Shown in pieces: positions 18,257 to 54,573 of a stretch of 58,918 nucleotides of DNA (position 1 is the first letter of the stretch; the number at the start of each line of letters is the position of its first letter). Location: the NCBI GenBank assembly GCA_002269645.1, contig NIVC01002940.1:1-58918 (forward strand), given 5' to 3'. Both the position numbers and the translations under genes were made by a program. The notes below the pieces were generated by a model. It was not told the DNA's origin. It saw only the letters and a program-made list of their open reading frames with translations, and made no database searches. Source of the stretch: Macrostomum lignano. Its lineage: Eukaryota.

Positions 18257-20398
18257 ATGTCGTTCAGAAGCCGGTCGGCCGCCCGTTTCGGCATGTCTGC
18301 CTTTGGCGACTCGAGCTCGCTGTTCGTCCAAGAAGCGTCGCCGTCCGAGCGGCTAAGTGCGATGGTTTTCTCCTTCTCGAAGCGCTCCACGATTCACGGC
18401 CTGAACCACATCGCTCAGGCGCGCAGTGCCAGGAGAAGAATTTTCTGGATGATCATCTGCACCGCGGCGAGCTGCGGATTCTTCATTAACCTGTACCACA
18501 TCGCCATCAAGTACATGCAGGTGCCCGTGCTCACCAACTTGAAGCACGACCACATGTCGTTCAAGTTTCCTGATATCACTGTCTGCAACATTAATCCGAT
18601 ATTTTTTCCGCCGAGAGGTACAAAACAGTACGAGCAGCTGGTGGCCCGAATCGAGGAGTATAACGAGAAAATTAGGTACTATCAACGAATGGTGGACGCT
18701 GCGTCAAGAAAGAAGTCCAAATCCGGTGCGGACAGCTGGAAGGTAAAGTACATGTCCCAGCTGATTAACAACATCCAAATAGCTGATTACTTGTACATGA
18801 AGCGCAATATCAGCCTGTACAGCATCCCACACGACACGTTCGTGCAATACTGCAAGTACATGGGCCGGTCCACTGTGTGCGCCAAGGAGTGGATCACGCA
18901 CAGGCGCTGGCCTTACGGGGCCTGCTACCAGCTCAACATTACCAGCCTGGGCCGGAGCGCCATCAGCACCGACAACAAGAAGGCATTCAGCAGCGGCTTT
19001 AGACCAGATCTTTTTCTTTTGCTGTACAAAGGAGTCGAGTACCCCGAAGAATATCGTTATTTGGACTCGCACGGAGTCATCACGATTCCTTCCGGCGTGC
19101 TGCTGATGCTGCACGAGCCGGACACCTATCCGCAGATCGGAGAGAGCTTCCTCCTGGACAAGTACGCCCAGGTTGACCTTCACATGACCAGGAAGCAGCA
19201 CTTGCGAAAGCTGAACCTGTGCGAGTCGCACCGAGACACCTACGACTACATCGACATCGAGACCGGAGAACAGCGCTTCTACAAGGAGACTCGGACCGAC
19301 TGCGTGGAGAATATCTCGCAGACGGCCTACAAGAACCACTGCGGCTGCCTCACCCACGAGTATCCTCTGAAATACGACGACGCCAACTACCCGTTCTGCG
19401 CAGACTTCGACTGGTTTCAGGCAAATTTCACCGACCTCACCTGCCTGTTTGCTCAACGCAACCAGGTGGAGGCGGCGAAACCGCTGCAGACTTGCTACAA
19501 AGACATGTGCGAGCACACCTCGTACTCCACCGTGATAAGTCAGGCTAACTACCCGGCAGTGGTCGAGCGAAAGACTCACTTTGGTTGGCTTCGTCTGCTG
19601 GCTAAAATGGAGCAGGCGGAGCTGAAGAAGTACGGAGTGACAGATTTGGCCTCCAAAGCTTTACTGTTAAATGAGACCAACCGGGACAGTTTGAATATCA
19701 CCACCGTACTAAAGAAAGAACTCGTCCAGCTGCTCAACATTGAGTTCATCGAGCGCAATTTCATGTACCTGCGCATTGTACCTTCGTCGCTATTCGCCGA
19801 CGAGATGCTCGAGGACGAGGAGTACCCATTGAGCAGGTTCCTCACCGACGTTGGCGGCTGCGTCGGGCTCTGGGTTGGAGCTTCGCTAATCACAGTTTTC
19901 GAGTTCTGCGACCTCGTACTCGACTTCCTTGGGCTCGAGTCAATCTTTAGAAAGCGTCGAACGAGCCGTCAGAACGGCCACGCCATGTCGTCGGGCGGTT
20001 CGGCGTCGGATTCCATCTCACGCGTGGCCGGAATGCTGCAACTGCACGAGGAGGCTGCGAATCTCATCTACGATGGCACAGACATGCTGCTGTACTCCAC
20101 AACCGAGTACGATGACGAGCTCAAGAACAGCAATTCCAACTGCGCGCCGTTGGCCGTCAACTGTCGCGAATCCAGACATGACCCGGAGATTCAGCAGCAT
20201 CAGCCCGAGCGTCAGCAGCAACAGCAACAGAAGCAAAAACAGTTGCAACGGCCGCCGCAACAGCAACAAACGACTAATCAACAACATAATCAACTGCAAA
20301 ACCAATCGAATCTCACCTGCAACTCGCTCAACGACTGCGGCAGCACCAGAAGATCCGAAACTCGAACCGTACAGATCGGCATGGTGTCCACGGTCTGA
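18257..20398 (+). CDS. DEG/ENaC (amiloride-sensitive sodium channel superfamily) subunit, 713 aa, CDS without introns
   Basis: Pre-TM1 STIHG (HG motif), TM1 IFWMIICTAASCGFFINLYHI, FPDITVCNINP, YGACY, Cys-rich thumb (C...HCGC...CADF...C...C...C), TM2 LTDVGGCVGLWVGASLITVFEF with GAS filter; Gln-rich C-tail. A polypyrimidine-AG just upstream of the ATG may mark a 5' intron. Confidence 0.95.
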   Translation: MSFRSRSAARFGMSAFGDSSSLFVQEASPSERLSAMVFSFSKRSTIHGLNHIAQARSARRRIFWMIICTAASCGFFINLYHIAIKYMQVPVLTNLKHDHMSFKFPDITVCNINPIFFPPRGTKQYEQLVARIEEYNEKIRYYQRMVDAASRKKSKSGADSWKVKYMSQLINNIQIADYLYMKRNISLYSIPHDTFVQYCKYMGRSTVCAKEWITHRRWPYGACYQLNITSLGRSAISTDNKKAFSSGFRPDLFLLLYKGVEYPEEYRYLDSHGVITIPSGVLLMLHEPDTYPQIGESFLLDKYAQVDLHMTRKQHLRKLNLCESHRDTYDYIDIETGEQRFYKETRTDCVENISQTAYKNHCGCLTHEYPLKYDDANYPFCADFDWFQANFTDLTCLFAQRNQVEAAKPLQTCYKDMCEHTSYSTVISQANYPAVVERKTHFGWLRLLAKMEQAELKKYGVTDLASKALLLNETNRDSLNITTVLKKELVQLLNIEFIERNFMYLRIVPSSLFADEMLEDEEYPLSRFLTDVGGCVGLWVGASLITVFEFCDLVLDFLGLESIFRKRRTSRQNGHAMSSGGSASDSISRVAGMLQLHEEAANLIYDGTDMLLYSTTEYDDELKNSNSNCAPLAVNCRESRHDPEIQQHQPERQQQQQQKQKQLQRPPQQQQTTNQQHNQLQNQSNLTCNSLNDCGSTRRSETRTVQIGMVSTV

Positions 20399-20952
20399 AG
20401 CGATCGGCATCGTCACTTTTCGCTTGGTGCCGGTCTTACCGTGGGCCTTGGGCTTTTTTTGTGACCACTGCCACAGTTTTCAATGCGAGCGATTAGGTTC
20501 CGAGGTTGAACCTCTTTAATAGTTTTTTGTTTAAGTTTTCAAGCTGTTCAAGTTTACCACAGGCGGTGCAATGCAGATTAAGTATTTGTGGGTGTTATTG
20601 TCCACAGTGTCTGCAGGCTACCATTTACATCTACCATGTAAATATAGTTAAGGGATAAGCGTTTTCTGACACAGTGTACTTTAAAGCTGCTTTGTTGGTC
20701 ATGAAGATTTTGCTTTACCTAATGGTCGATCGCGTCTATAGGACTCTATAGCTGGTATTCTAGCAGTTGTATTTGTCAATCCATATTTGAATTCACAGGC
20801 ATTCTCGACAGAATAATTATTTTAAACTTCGTTTTTCTCCGATTAAAACTTTTCATCAGTTGTGCGACCGATTTTTCGTATTACTTCAGAGCGGCTCGGA
20901 CAGAGGTTCCCCGAGCTTTGCTGCTAATAAATCGATTTCATTTGTTTTTCTA

Positions 20953-21839
20953 TTCCTTTTTGCGGCCTAGTTGGTACTGCAAGCTTTCAAATTAATCATA
21001 GATACGGAAATCAGGCTTACGAGACTGAAAATATTCTGTCTATGGTCGACACTCGCTGGCATAGCGGAGTTCAATTTAATCCTGGGGGCATCAATTTGGT
21101 CATTCTAATCATATAACGTTAGATGATATCCAGTGTTGAAACAAAATTCGCTTCCTCTGCAGCCCTCTGTAGGACAAGGATTCGCCACTCTCGTAGCGAA
21201 TGACCAGCAGGCGGAGTGTCCAGCTCTTGTTGCAATTGTGGTTGAGCCAGCTGGCGTTTGATGGCTGCCTTCAGGCAGGCGTGCGCGTTTTCCACAGGAT
21301 TGAGGAACTACGAGTAAGGAGGCAATGTCACCAATCTGATTGAAATTGATCTGGGATTGCCACTCCATGATGAAAACGGGCTCCATCAATGATCACACAG
21401 AACTCCTCGCCATCAGGTACATCATCACGACTCTTCACGCTTTGCACCAGATCATAGAGGATCATATGATGTAAAAGACAAGCTAAAAACAAGTTACCAT
21501 GACAGTTAAAATGTGCATTGAAAACATAGAAAGATCAAATTGATGGCCCCAGGATTAAATTGAACTCCGCTATGCCAGCGAGTGTCGACCATAGACAGAA
21601 ACTTTTCAGTCTCGCAAGTCTGATTTCCGTATCTATGATTGTACTTACTCTTGCCCTTTAATGCCATAGACTACATTTGAGCCCGCTTGCAGTAAAGAAA
21701 TATCGAAATTAGCGGGCAGTGAATGACATTTAACGCCCTAACGGCGCCCTCTGATTTTCCCATTAACGCCCTTAAATCATGGGTATTAATGTACTATTAA
21801 ATTGAAAGCTTGCAGTACCAACTAGGCCGCAAAAAGGAA
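20953..21839 (-). mobile_element. Internally deleted IS630/Tc1/mariner DNA transposon with long TIRs and TA target duplication
   Basis: TA at 20951-20952 and 21840-21841; 20953-20993 is inverted at 21799-21839 and 20994-21097 at 21537-21640; the - strand interior encodes VIIDGARFHH and LPPYS*FLNPVENAHACLKAAIKR (second D and E regions of a DDE transposase) with stops and a frameshift. Confidence 0.85.
21119..21453 (-). pseudogene. Decayed C-terminal fragment of an IS630/Tc1-type DDE transposase
   Basis: Manual translation: DLVQSVKSRDDVPDGEEFCVIIDGARFHHGVAIPDQFQSDW* / LPPYS*FLNPVENAHACLKAAIKRQLAQ...; not shown in the ORF track. Confidence 0.8.
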
Positions 21840-23852
21840 TATTTTTTTTCTTTTTGCTGGCGATTGCGGGCGTAACTTGTGGATTTACAGAGAATAATGT
21901 ACTCAAGCTCTCAGGCCGGAACGCAGACCTGGTTGAAAAGCCGCACATCTCAGCCGGCTCGTGAGACCCTATAGCTGACAGAAAAATTCCACCCCATCTC
22001 CCAAGTTTTCGATGAGATGCCAAACAGCAGCTGGAGGTCTGTAATGACGTTGGCCAGCATTTCTGATGAAGTCCCGCGCTGTGCGCAGATGAAGAAGCCG
22101 GGGCGAGGAGGGCTGGCCGAGTTTCACCTCTCACAGCGGGGAGAGGCGGGTTGGAGTCTCTCAGCCGGAGTGAGAAGGTCGCGGGCTGGCGGCAAGCAGC
22201 AAGGAGGATGGGGTGGGACATATAAGCCAAGTTCAAGGGATTCCGCCGGCGGGAAGTGATGAGGCGTGAAGCTGTACGATGCTCGCTACATCAGCAAGCA
22301 GCTCTCAATGCGACCCCGGCTTCAGCCGCATTCAAGCTGGCGGAGCTGAGGCTAATCCCAATCAGTGGATAACATATTTTCTACCTCAACTCCAATCTCC
22401 CCCCAGCATGGTTGTTCGCATTAAATCCCTGACAAGTAGCCATAATCTTTTCTAGTGTACTTATATATGTAATGTACTTCTATTTGTCTTAAACATTCCA
22501 ATCATTTAATACTTAAGGACAGAAAACCGTTTGTCTTGACTCCCACAGGCACTCCCCACTGTAATCCTCTCCAGAGCGACCAGAGCCTGCCAAGTGTCAG
22601 TAAAATAAAAGATGATGCACCCACGGGACGGTGTGGTATGATCAGTTCGGCGAGACAGTTAGATGCAAAGTGAGAGAATGACAGAATGAGCAGGAAGGTG
22701 ACGCCGCGGATGCCACTGTCTGCCTCCACCCTTTTCTCTTCCTCTCTCCCCAGCTCTCTCCGTGTCTCCCTGTCTCCCTCTCCCATTTGCTGTTATGAAT
22801 AAGTGACGACCGGCCATGCCTCTCCAAAGCGCCCGGTAACGGAGCAACAGACGGGGAGACCCAAGCAAGCCCAGCATCCACACCCCATAATGATCCACGA
22901 GCAGTCAGCTGAGTTCAGCCTGAGATCGTGGGCTCACAAAGTTTGCCAGACGAGCAAACTGAGATACAGAGAGAGGGAAATTACTTTAATTGTTCAGTAT
23001 GGCAATTCAGCAGGCTGTTCTGGCGGATAAAATGTGTGACATCAATGTCTGAGAATTTTGTCATTTCCTACATACTACAAATGATTGGTCTCGTTTGGTA
23101 TCCAACTAAAGTGCATTCACTCACTCACAAAATTGAATTAAGAACACTTCTCTCCGGTGTGTAGTCTGCACTTTTACGGTAACCCATCCGGCCCTGCATC
23201 CACCCACACTGACGAACGAATGCAAACTTATAAAAAATGGAATATCTGGATCGGGAGAACTTGATCACTTCCTGAGGTTGACAGTAGATTTTCAGTAAAT
23301 CTTTATTTCTGTATATTCAGTGCATCCAGCTGATCTGCAGAAGCTCAGTTAAGTCGCTCTGATCGGTCTGATATCGCACCTGAGACTGAGACCTGGGCGT
23401 CGATTTAGTTCCGGAAAAATGCTGGCCAATACCCTATCTATAGCACACCCATTTTGTCGGTATTCTATAGATAAAAAATTCGAGAAGCCGTCAAAAGATT
23501 TTCGGGCAGCATGCACTTTTCTGCGCCGCTCAGCTCGTCAATTAGCGATTATCGAGTGAGTAATTGTGTCCGTAGCTGTCTACATGCGTTCCGGACCGAT
23601 GGCCTAGCCAACTAATTCCCTATGTGTGTTCCCCCGGCTAGTAACAGCAGAGACGAAAGAGAACATTCCAGTTCCAGAACCGCGCAGAAGCACTCAGCTG
23701 TCTGTAACCGTCTCTTGTCTCTTTAACTTGCTCTGTCCTGAACTTTTTCTGCCACGGCTACCCGAATGTCCATCCAAATAGCGAAGAATTGCTCAAATTT
23801 TCAGTGGGCTGCGACCGCTAAATGGAATTCCTGACGAGTTAGTACCATTATT

Positions 23853-24200
23853 CACTTGAGTGCAAATGCTTCACTTTAGTGCAAATGCTTCACTTGAGTG
23901 CAAATGCTTCACTTGGGAGTGCAAATGTTTCAATTGGGAGTGCAAATGCTTCACTTGGGAGTGCAAATGCTTCACTTGGGAGTGCAAATGCTTCACTTAG
24001 GAGTGCAAATGATTCACTTTTGGAGTGCAAATGTTTCACTTAAGTGCAAATGCTTCACTTAGGAGTGCAAATGCTTCACACTTAGGAGTGCAAATGATTC
24101 ACTTAGGAGTGCAAATGTTTCACTTAAGTGCAAATGCTTCACTTAAGTGCAAATGCTTCACTTGAGTGCAAATGCTTCACTTGAGTGCAAATGTTTCACT
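23853..24200. repeat. 19-22-bp minisatellite (GAGTGCAAATGCTTCACTT)n, ~17 copies
   Basis: Direct tandem repeats with small indels. Confidence 0.93.
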
Positions 24201-24220
24201 TGATTGCAAGTGACTGGAAT

Positions 24221-24423
<203 letters not shown>

Positions 24424-26464
24424 TTTTCTGTTTTGTTTTCTGCTCTGTTTTCGAGTTTGTAAAGATTTGCTGTTTTGTGAAGCGCTAAATCAGGTTTTTC
24501 CATAGTCAGGTGAAGAAAAATGATAACAGGATATATAAGAAGTCTGTTATTTGTTTCAATTCACTGTAAAATCATGACTTATATTCCAAAAATTCCTGCC
24601 CGAAACTAGTCCCGACGGTGCCCACTGGGGGACAGTTGGCTAGTCTAACTTTACTAACCGTCAGACAATGGACTAATGCATACATTGAAACTAAAGAAAA
24701 CAAATGCTGGTTTGATTTTTCTCCACTAAAACAGAATCAACTTAATGTACTAGCTAATGGATGGCCTTGAAGTATTGTGAGCTGCCTGCGTTCTCTGTTT
24801 AAATCAGGCAGTTTTTATTACAAAAAACGCAATGCCAACTTATTGCTAGAAAGAGAAATGGTAAAAGCAAGTTTACTAAGAGTAATTATCCTAGTCCAAC
24901 ATTTCGGTTCCAGGCTGTCGGTGAAGGAAAAGCAGCTGCACTGGTCTCATGCTCGCACTCACTGTGAGTAATTTGCGATCTCTCTGCCCCATCAGCGAAC
25001 TCCCAAGCCAGAGCACTCACTAGGAACCACGAATTCTTGATGACTCTCCCCATTCTCTCTTTCCGAACCGCCGCGCCAATAAGTTCTCTTCCCGAAGAAG
25101 AAGTTCCAGGAAGCAGCGACAGAAAAGAGTGGCAGAGAGAAAGCCGGTAGAGTCATCGACAGAAGTCGCCAGCGAGGTCGTCTCCAAAGTTTCCCCTAGT
25201 CCTCCACCCCCGCCTCCCCTACCCAAACCATTTCCCCTTTTCGGGCTTCCCTTCGAGCAATCAGTCTAATAAACTGAGCAAACAGACTGTGGGGGCCCTG
25301 AGGATCAATAGCGATTGCACCTGGGCTGGGGTCGCTCCCTGCCCAGATAGCATTGCATCTCCAGTGGCTGCTAAAACTGCAAGCGCGCTTGACAGAAGTT
25401 GAAGATGAGGCCGAGTGGCCGATCCTGTTTTGAAGAGGAAGGAAATGGCTGCTCATTTTTGCGAATACCGAGTTGAAAGAAACCTAAGCGCTTTGCCTAG
25501 TAGGTTGATACGGTAGGACTGAGAATGTCCTCCTCAATCACGCTCTCGTCCCCTCGCCGCCGTCTGACGCCTCATCATTTTCAATCCCCATTAGTGCCGT
25601 ATTAAGACGGACGCACTTCCTTCACCGGAGGCAGAGGATTCTGCTGTGACTAATTGAAAAGGGGCATTAGCGGGTGAATCAATTTTATGAAAAAGGAAGT
25701 ATCAGCAACCCTATGCATGCATAAGCCTGCCGGTCGGTCGGTCCCGAGGGGATCAAGGTAAAAGATGCATGCGCTGCTCAGAACAGACTCTGTCAAATCG
25801 CAGAAGCAGCTCTGCTAATTGCGCGAAGCACAAATTTCGGTTGGCAAGGCGGGCAGGTATAAAAATAGACAGAGTTTTTGAACAGTGAAAGGCCGAATAT
25901 CGCCAAACCACTTAAGCGATCGATGTGAGGCTGCAGAACCGCAGGAAGGCTGGTTTTCAACTTTTCAACCACAAGCCGCTTTTCAGCGTGCCATCTGCAA
26001 TGCAGCCCCCCCCCTCTAAAACGGAGCCGCTGTCCCCTCTCCTTCAGTGTCCTCCCTTTTCTTCACTCAAAGATTCCTACAGGGGATAAATTTTGGTCGC
26101 AAACTCTCCACAACAAGTCAAAAACGCCCCGGGGACGAGTCTCGCAAACCTTTGAGAAAAAAACCGTAAGGAGCTGCAAGCTCTTGCCGCCGAGGGTATT
26201 TAAAGAAGAAGACCATATAGTTTATAATCTGCGAACCACGTGTTCGACAACAGTTTTGCGGAGGAGAGGGGGGGTTCAGTCGCTCGCGGAAACTAAAGGT
26301 CAAATTGGCTGGTGCTTGGCTGGTCCTGTCCGAATTTTATCACCCGATTTTTTCAGGCGCCAACTGGATACGATTGGAATTGTTGCGCACTTTAAGCGAC
26401 ACTGACGCACAACCGTTGAGAAGCATTACTGCACGCCAACTCCCCTGAGCAGGCTCACAAGCGC

Positions 26465-50702
<24,238 letters not shown>

Positions 50703-50767
<65 letters not shown>
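50703..50767. repeat. (TCTG)n microsatellite, right flank of the TIR-bounded segment
   Basis: Direct inspection. Confidence 0.97.
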
Positions 50768-50769
<2 letters not shown>

Positions 50770-51370
50770 GCATGCATACGGAAAACGAGAAACAACCAGA
50801 CAGAAACAAACTATCACAAACTAAAACAATAAATGGCTGCATATTTTTGGACAGACAGGAACTGGGTTCCAGAATGGAGTTTGCAGTCAAGCCAGGTATA
50901 TTATTCCGAACAAAGTTTTCACAAGACTACAATGACTTCTGATGCTACAAAAAAGCTATTCCGGTTAAATCATGAGATTATTTTGTATAATGTGTTCTGT
51001 AAAACTCAAATTGTCTCCGATAAAGAAACTGGCACACAGGTACACAATTTTAAGCTATAGGGCAGGCAGACATATCTGATTAAAAAAGTTTTTGATAATG
51101 TCAGCGAACGGCTCAGAATGGTTCAGATGTGCTCACAAGTATGAGCTTCTCAACGTCTGAATGGAGGGGTGAGGTAGGGAGGTTCTCGGATCAGACAGAG
51201 AATCATGAATGAGATGGACAGATGCATAAATGAGATAAACGAATGATAGGCAAAGGTAAATATGAGAAAATATTGACAATAATAAGACAGAATCGAGACA
51301 ACGAAATTGAAAAGTGTTTAAAAACCCTCTTTAAGTGTTAACCGAACAGGGTGGCTCCAGTTCCGCCGAC

Positions 51371-53959
51371 TCATACCGGCTTGTAGAAGAACATGGTGTC
51401 CACATCGCAGTGATTGAACCGTCTGGTCTCGCCTTTCTGGTCTTTGTACTCGCCCTTGGGATACAGCCCGCTGGTGCGTACCGTCAGCATGAGCTGCCAG
51501 CCCAGGTTGCGGAGCGCCTCAACGATGGCGAGTAGCAGAGCGACCGACGGAACAACCGAACGAGACCAGGGCGTCCCCCCAAGGTTCATACCCCACCACA
51601 GGTCCTTGGTAAACTCGGTGTACACTTCCTTGTACCAGGTGTCGAAGATGACCGAACGAATCGCCGAGCGAGCGTCGAGCGGCGCTTTGCAGGCGCGCAG
51701 CATGCCTTTGCCCATGAGGGCCAGGCAGAACACGGCGCACTTGGCGGGCTGGGCGCGACCGAACACGATGCTGGACTTGGCGTGGTCGTTCTTGTCGAAT
51801 CGCAGGATGGGTCGCCAGCCGTCCTGAAAGGGGGAAGTTCGCTTGAGTTGCTGGCACCGGGTCCGCTCCGCAGTTCTCAGTAAACACGTCTGACTCTCGC
51901 GCTACGGCAACCCTTGCATTCATTTGGGACTTGTGGCCACACGACCCCAACGAAGGCCCATTTCTGTGCGGACGCTCCAAATTAATGTCGACCATTCTCG
52001 AAACTCACGGACTCACAAGAACTCACGATAGTCAGGCGCGCTAACCGTTAAGTTGCTACTAGCTACGAGCTATGCATGCATATGGTAGTCATTCCCTTTT
52101 TTTAGTTAGCCAGCGGGCAAAAAGCACTAGGTGTCTCGTTTACAAGCGTATTGACATGGAGGAACAATGAAAGTGGAAACCGGGGGACCATCGGTTTGTG
52201 CGCTCTGATAGGCCAGAGCTCTGGCCTCAGTGGACGGACATGCTTGAAGTTCTTTTGTAATATCAGTGAGCCACATTATTGCAGACACTGCAATAGAGTG
52301 CCTTCAGGCTCTTCTGTGGGCAGTCTTATTATGCGACCAAATCGTAGGTTTCAAAGCTCATTAAAAAAATACGTCGTACATCCCAGGCCCTTGCTTCTGT
52401 GCAGAGTTGATTAATTGTATGTTTTGTTATTCCCTTTATCTCTTATAGTTTCACAGAGCCATTCTAAATCATCTCAATAAATAATGTTTTCTGCAAGACT
52501 AAGAGCACTGATCAAATCTAGGAAACAATTTCACATTTGCTTGCTCGGAAAAGTCCTTTGAAAATCGAATCAAACGCTGTCAACAGGTTTACGAAGTACG
52601 TGAAGACATATAGAAAAATAATTCTTTAGGAAAATGGAAACAACGAACGGAATTTTTCTAATTAGCGAAATTTCTGATCCATTTTACTTCTTATACATCC
52701 TGAGTAGTCTATGAAGGTTATTAAACACTGAATTCTAATATTAAGCCCAAGATTCTTCTCTGATCCAAGTGCCTGTGATGCGAATCTTCACTGCTTCTTC
52801 ACAGACAATTTCAGCAGCCTATAGACCGATACAGCATCGACACAACAGCAGAGTGTCTCACCTGCAGCGCGTCGGTGAACAGTCGCACCAGATACAACTT
52901 GCCGTACATGCTTCTCTCATCAAAGTAGTGCACCCGCCAGATCTGGACGTTGAGCTCAACGAGAACCGAGTGGCTGTAGTTGGACACTGACTTGACCCCG
53001 CCGAACTCCGTCTGGTTCCAAAACTTCTGAGTCACGTCGAGGCACCACTTGACAGAGGAATTGTCGGACGAAACCAGTCGAATACAATTTTTCCGCTCCA
53101 AAGACACCATCAGCAGGCGCGTGTCCGTGAGCTCGAGACACTTTTCTGGGGCTTTCCTCATCACCTGGATTGGAGTTTTAATCGGTATTTTGTATAGAGA
53201 AAATAAAACAACCAGCCAACCAAAACGAACCAACCAGCAAAACAACTAACCAAGCAACCAAGCAACCAAGCAACCAAGCAACCAAGCAACCAAGCAACCA
53301 AGCAACCAAGCAACCAAGCAACCAAGCAACCAAGCAACCAAGCAACCAAGCAACCAAGCAACCAAGCAACCAAGCAACCAAGCAACCAAGCAACCAAGCA
53401 GCCAACCAACCAACCAACCAACCAACCAACCAACCAACCAACCAACCAACCAACCAACCAACCAACCAACCAACCAACCAACCAACCAACCAACCAACCA
53501 ACCAACCAACCAAACAACCAATCAAACAACCAACCAACTAACGAAACAACCAACCAACCAACCAAGCAACTAATAGAAATAACAAATTTAAATAGTTGGT
53601 TATGCATTCATGGTACTAGCAGTATTATGCTTGTTCTAACCAGAGTGTCGTTCTGTCCAAGGTTCAGCGCCACTTCCGGCCAGAATCCACGACCGATGGC
53701 CGACTCGATCAGGCGAAGCAGAATGTAGCGACCCATGTCCTTGATCTCCATGCTGCTGCCCTTGCCAGTGAACCAGATCGAGTCCTTGGCAACCAGGTGG
53801 AGACACGTCTCACTGATTTCGATTCTCCTGTACTCATGATTGCAGTACCGATCGAAAATCTCAGTTATGTCATTTTGTAGGTCGCGAGGGGCGAACCAGA
53901 CCATTAGTGTGTCTTCTCCGTGCAAATCTATGACGGAAAATTTCATCTGGAAAATTTGA

Positions 53960-54027
<68 letters not shown>

Positions 54028-54573
54028 ATAATAATAATAATAATAATAAATTGACTCGCTCACCTCCTCGGCGTCCTGGCCTTCCTCTTTCCGCACCTGC
54101 TCCAGCAGGATGGAGCTCAAGTTGAGTCCATCGTGCTTCCGCAGCAGTTTGATGCCGGCCAGCACGCGGTAGCCGTTGGCGTAGAGGCTGGCTAGGAAGT
54201 CGCAGAGGAAGCTGTAGCGCTTCCTGCACAGCGGCTCCACCGGCTCCACCGTGGGCATCGGGCGCAGCAGGCGGGCGCACGAGACTCTCTGCCAGCCGTC
54301 CTTGACGAGCCGGGCGTACGGCTGAAGGTCCTTGGAGCTGCCGCCAACATGAGCCAGCAAAGCTTTCATCAGCAGGCCGGAGAGCTCCGAGTCGCCGTAG
54401 AGAACGTCAAGGCCGCCAGCTTTGCTGCCGGTGTCGACGTCCCAGTCGCCAGTGCCGCCGCTGCTGCCGCACAGATCGCCGATTTCATGCGACACGTGCA
54501 GGGCGCAGTGGCCGTAGGAGCTGGTGAACTTCGGCGGAGTGAACACCCGCTCAACAGAGTTGCTTTGGCCCAT
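51371..54573 (-). CDS. Four-exon gene, ~523-aa uncharacterised protein with predicted N-myristoylation site and four ~100-aa alpha/beta repeats
   Basis: Exons 54573-54064, 53946-53641, 53164-52862, 51823-51371, all phase-0 GT-AG junctions giving one open frame ending in TGA; starts MGQSNS (MGxxxS); repeated helix-turn-strand motif [14 protein letters not shown] / [14 protein letters not shown] / [14 protein letters not shown] / [14 protein letters not shown]. Confidence 0.85.
53245..53567. repeat. (CAAGCAAC)n followed by (CAAC)n, intronic
   Basis: Direct inspection; lies in intron 53165-53640. Confidence 0.96.
53962..54048. repeat. (GTA)n(ATA)n triplet microsatellite in a 117-nt intron
   Basis: Direct inspection; intron 53947-54063 with GTGAGC donor and TTTTCCAG acceptor on -. 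Confidence 0.93.

Noticed and set aside
25020-25460. Arg/Pro-rich exon-like stretch
   Set aside because: No consistent splice sites, partner exons or recognisable domain found
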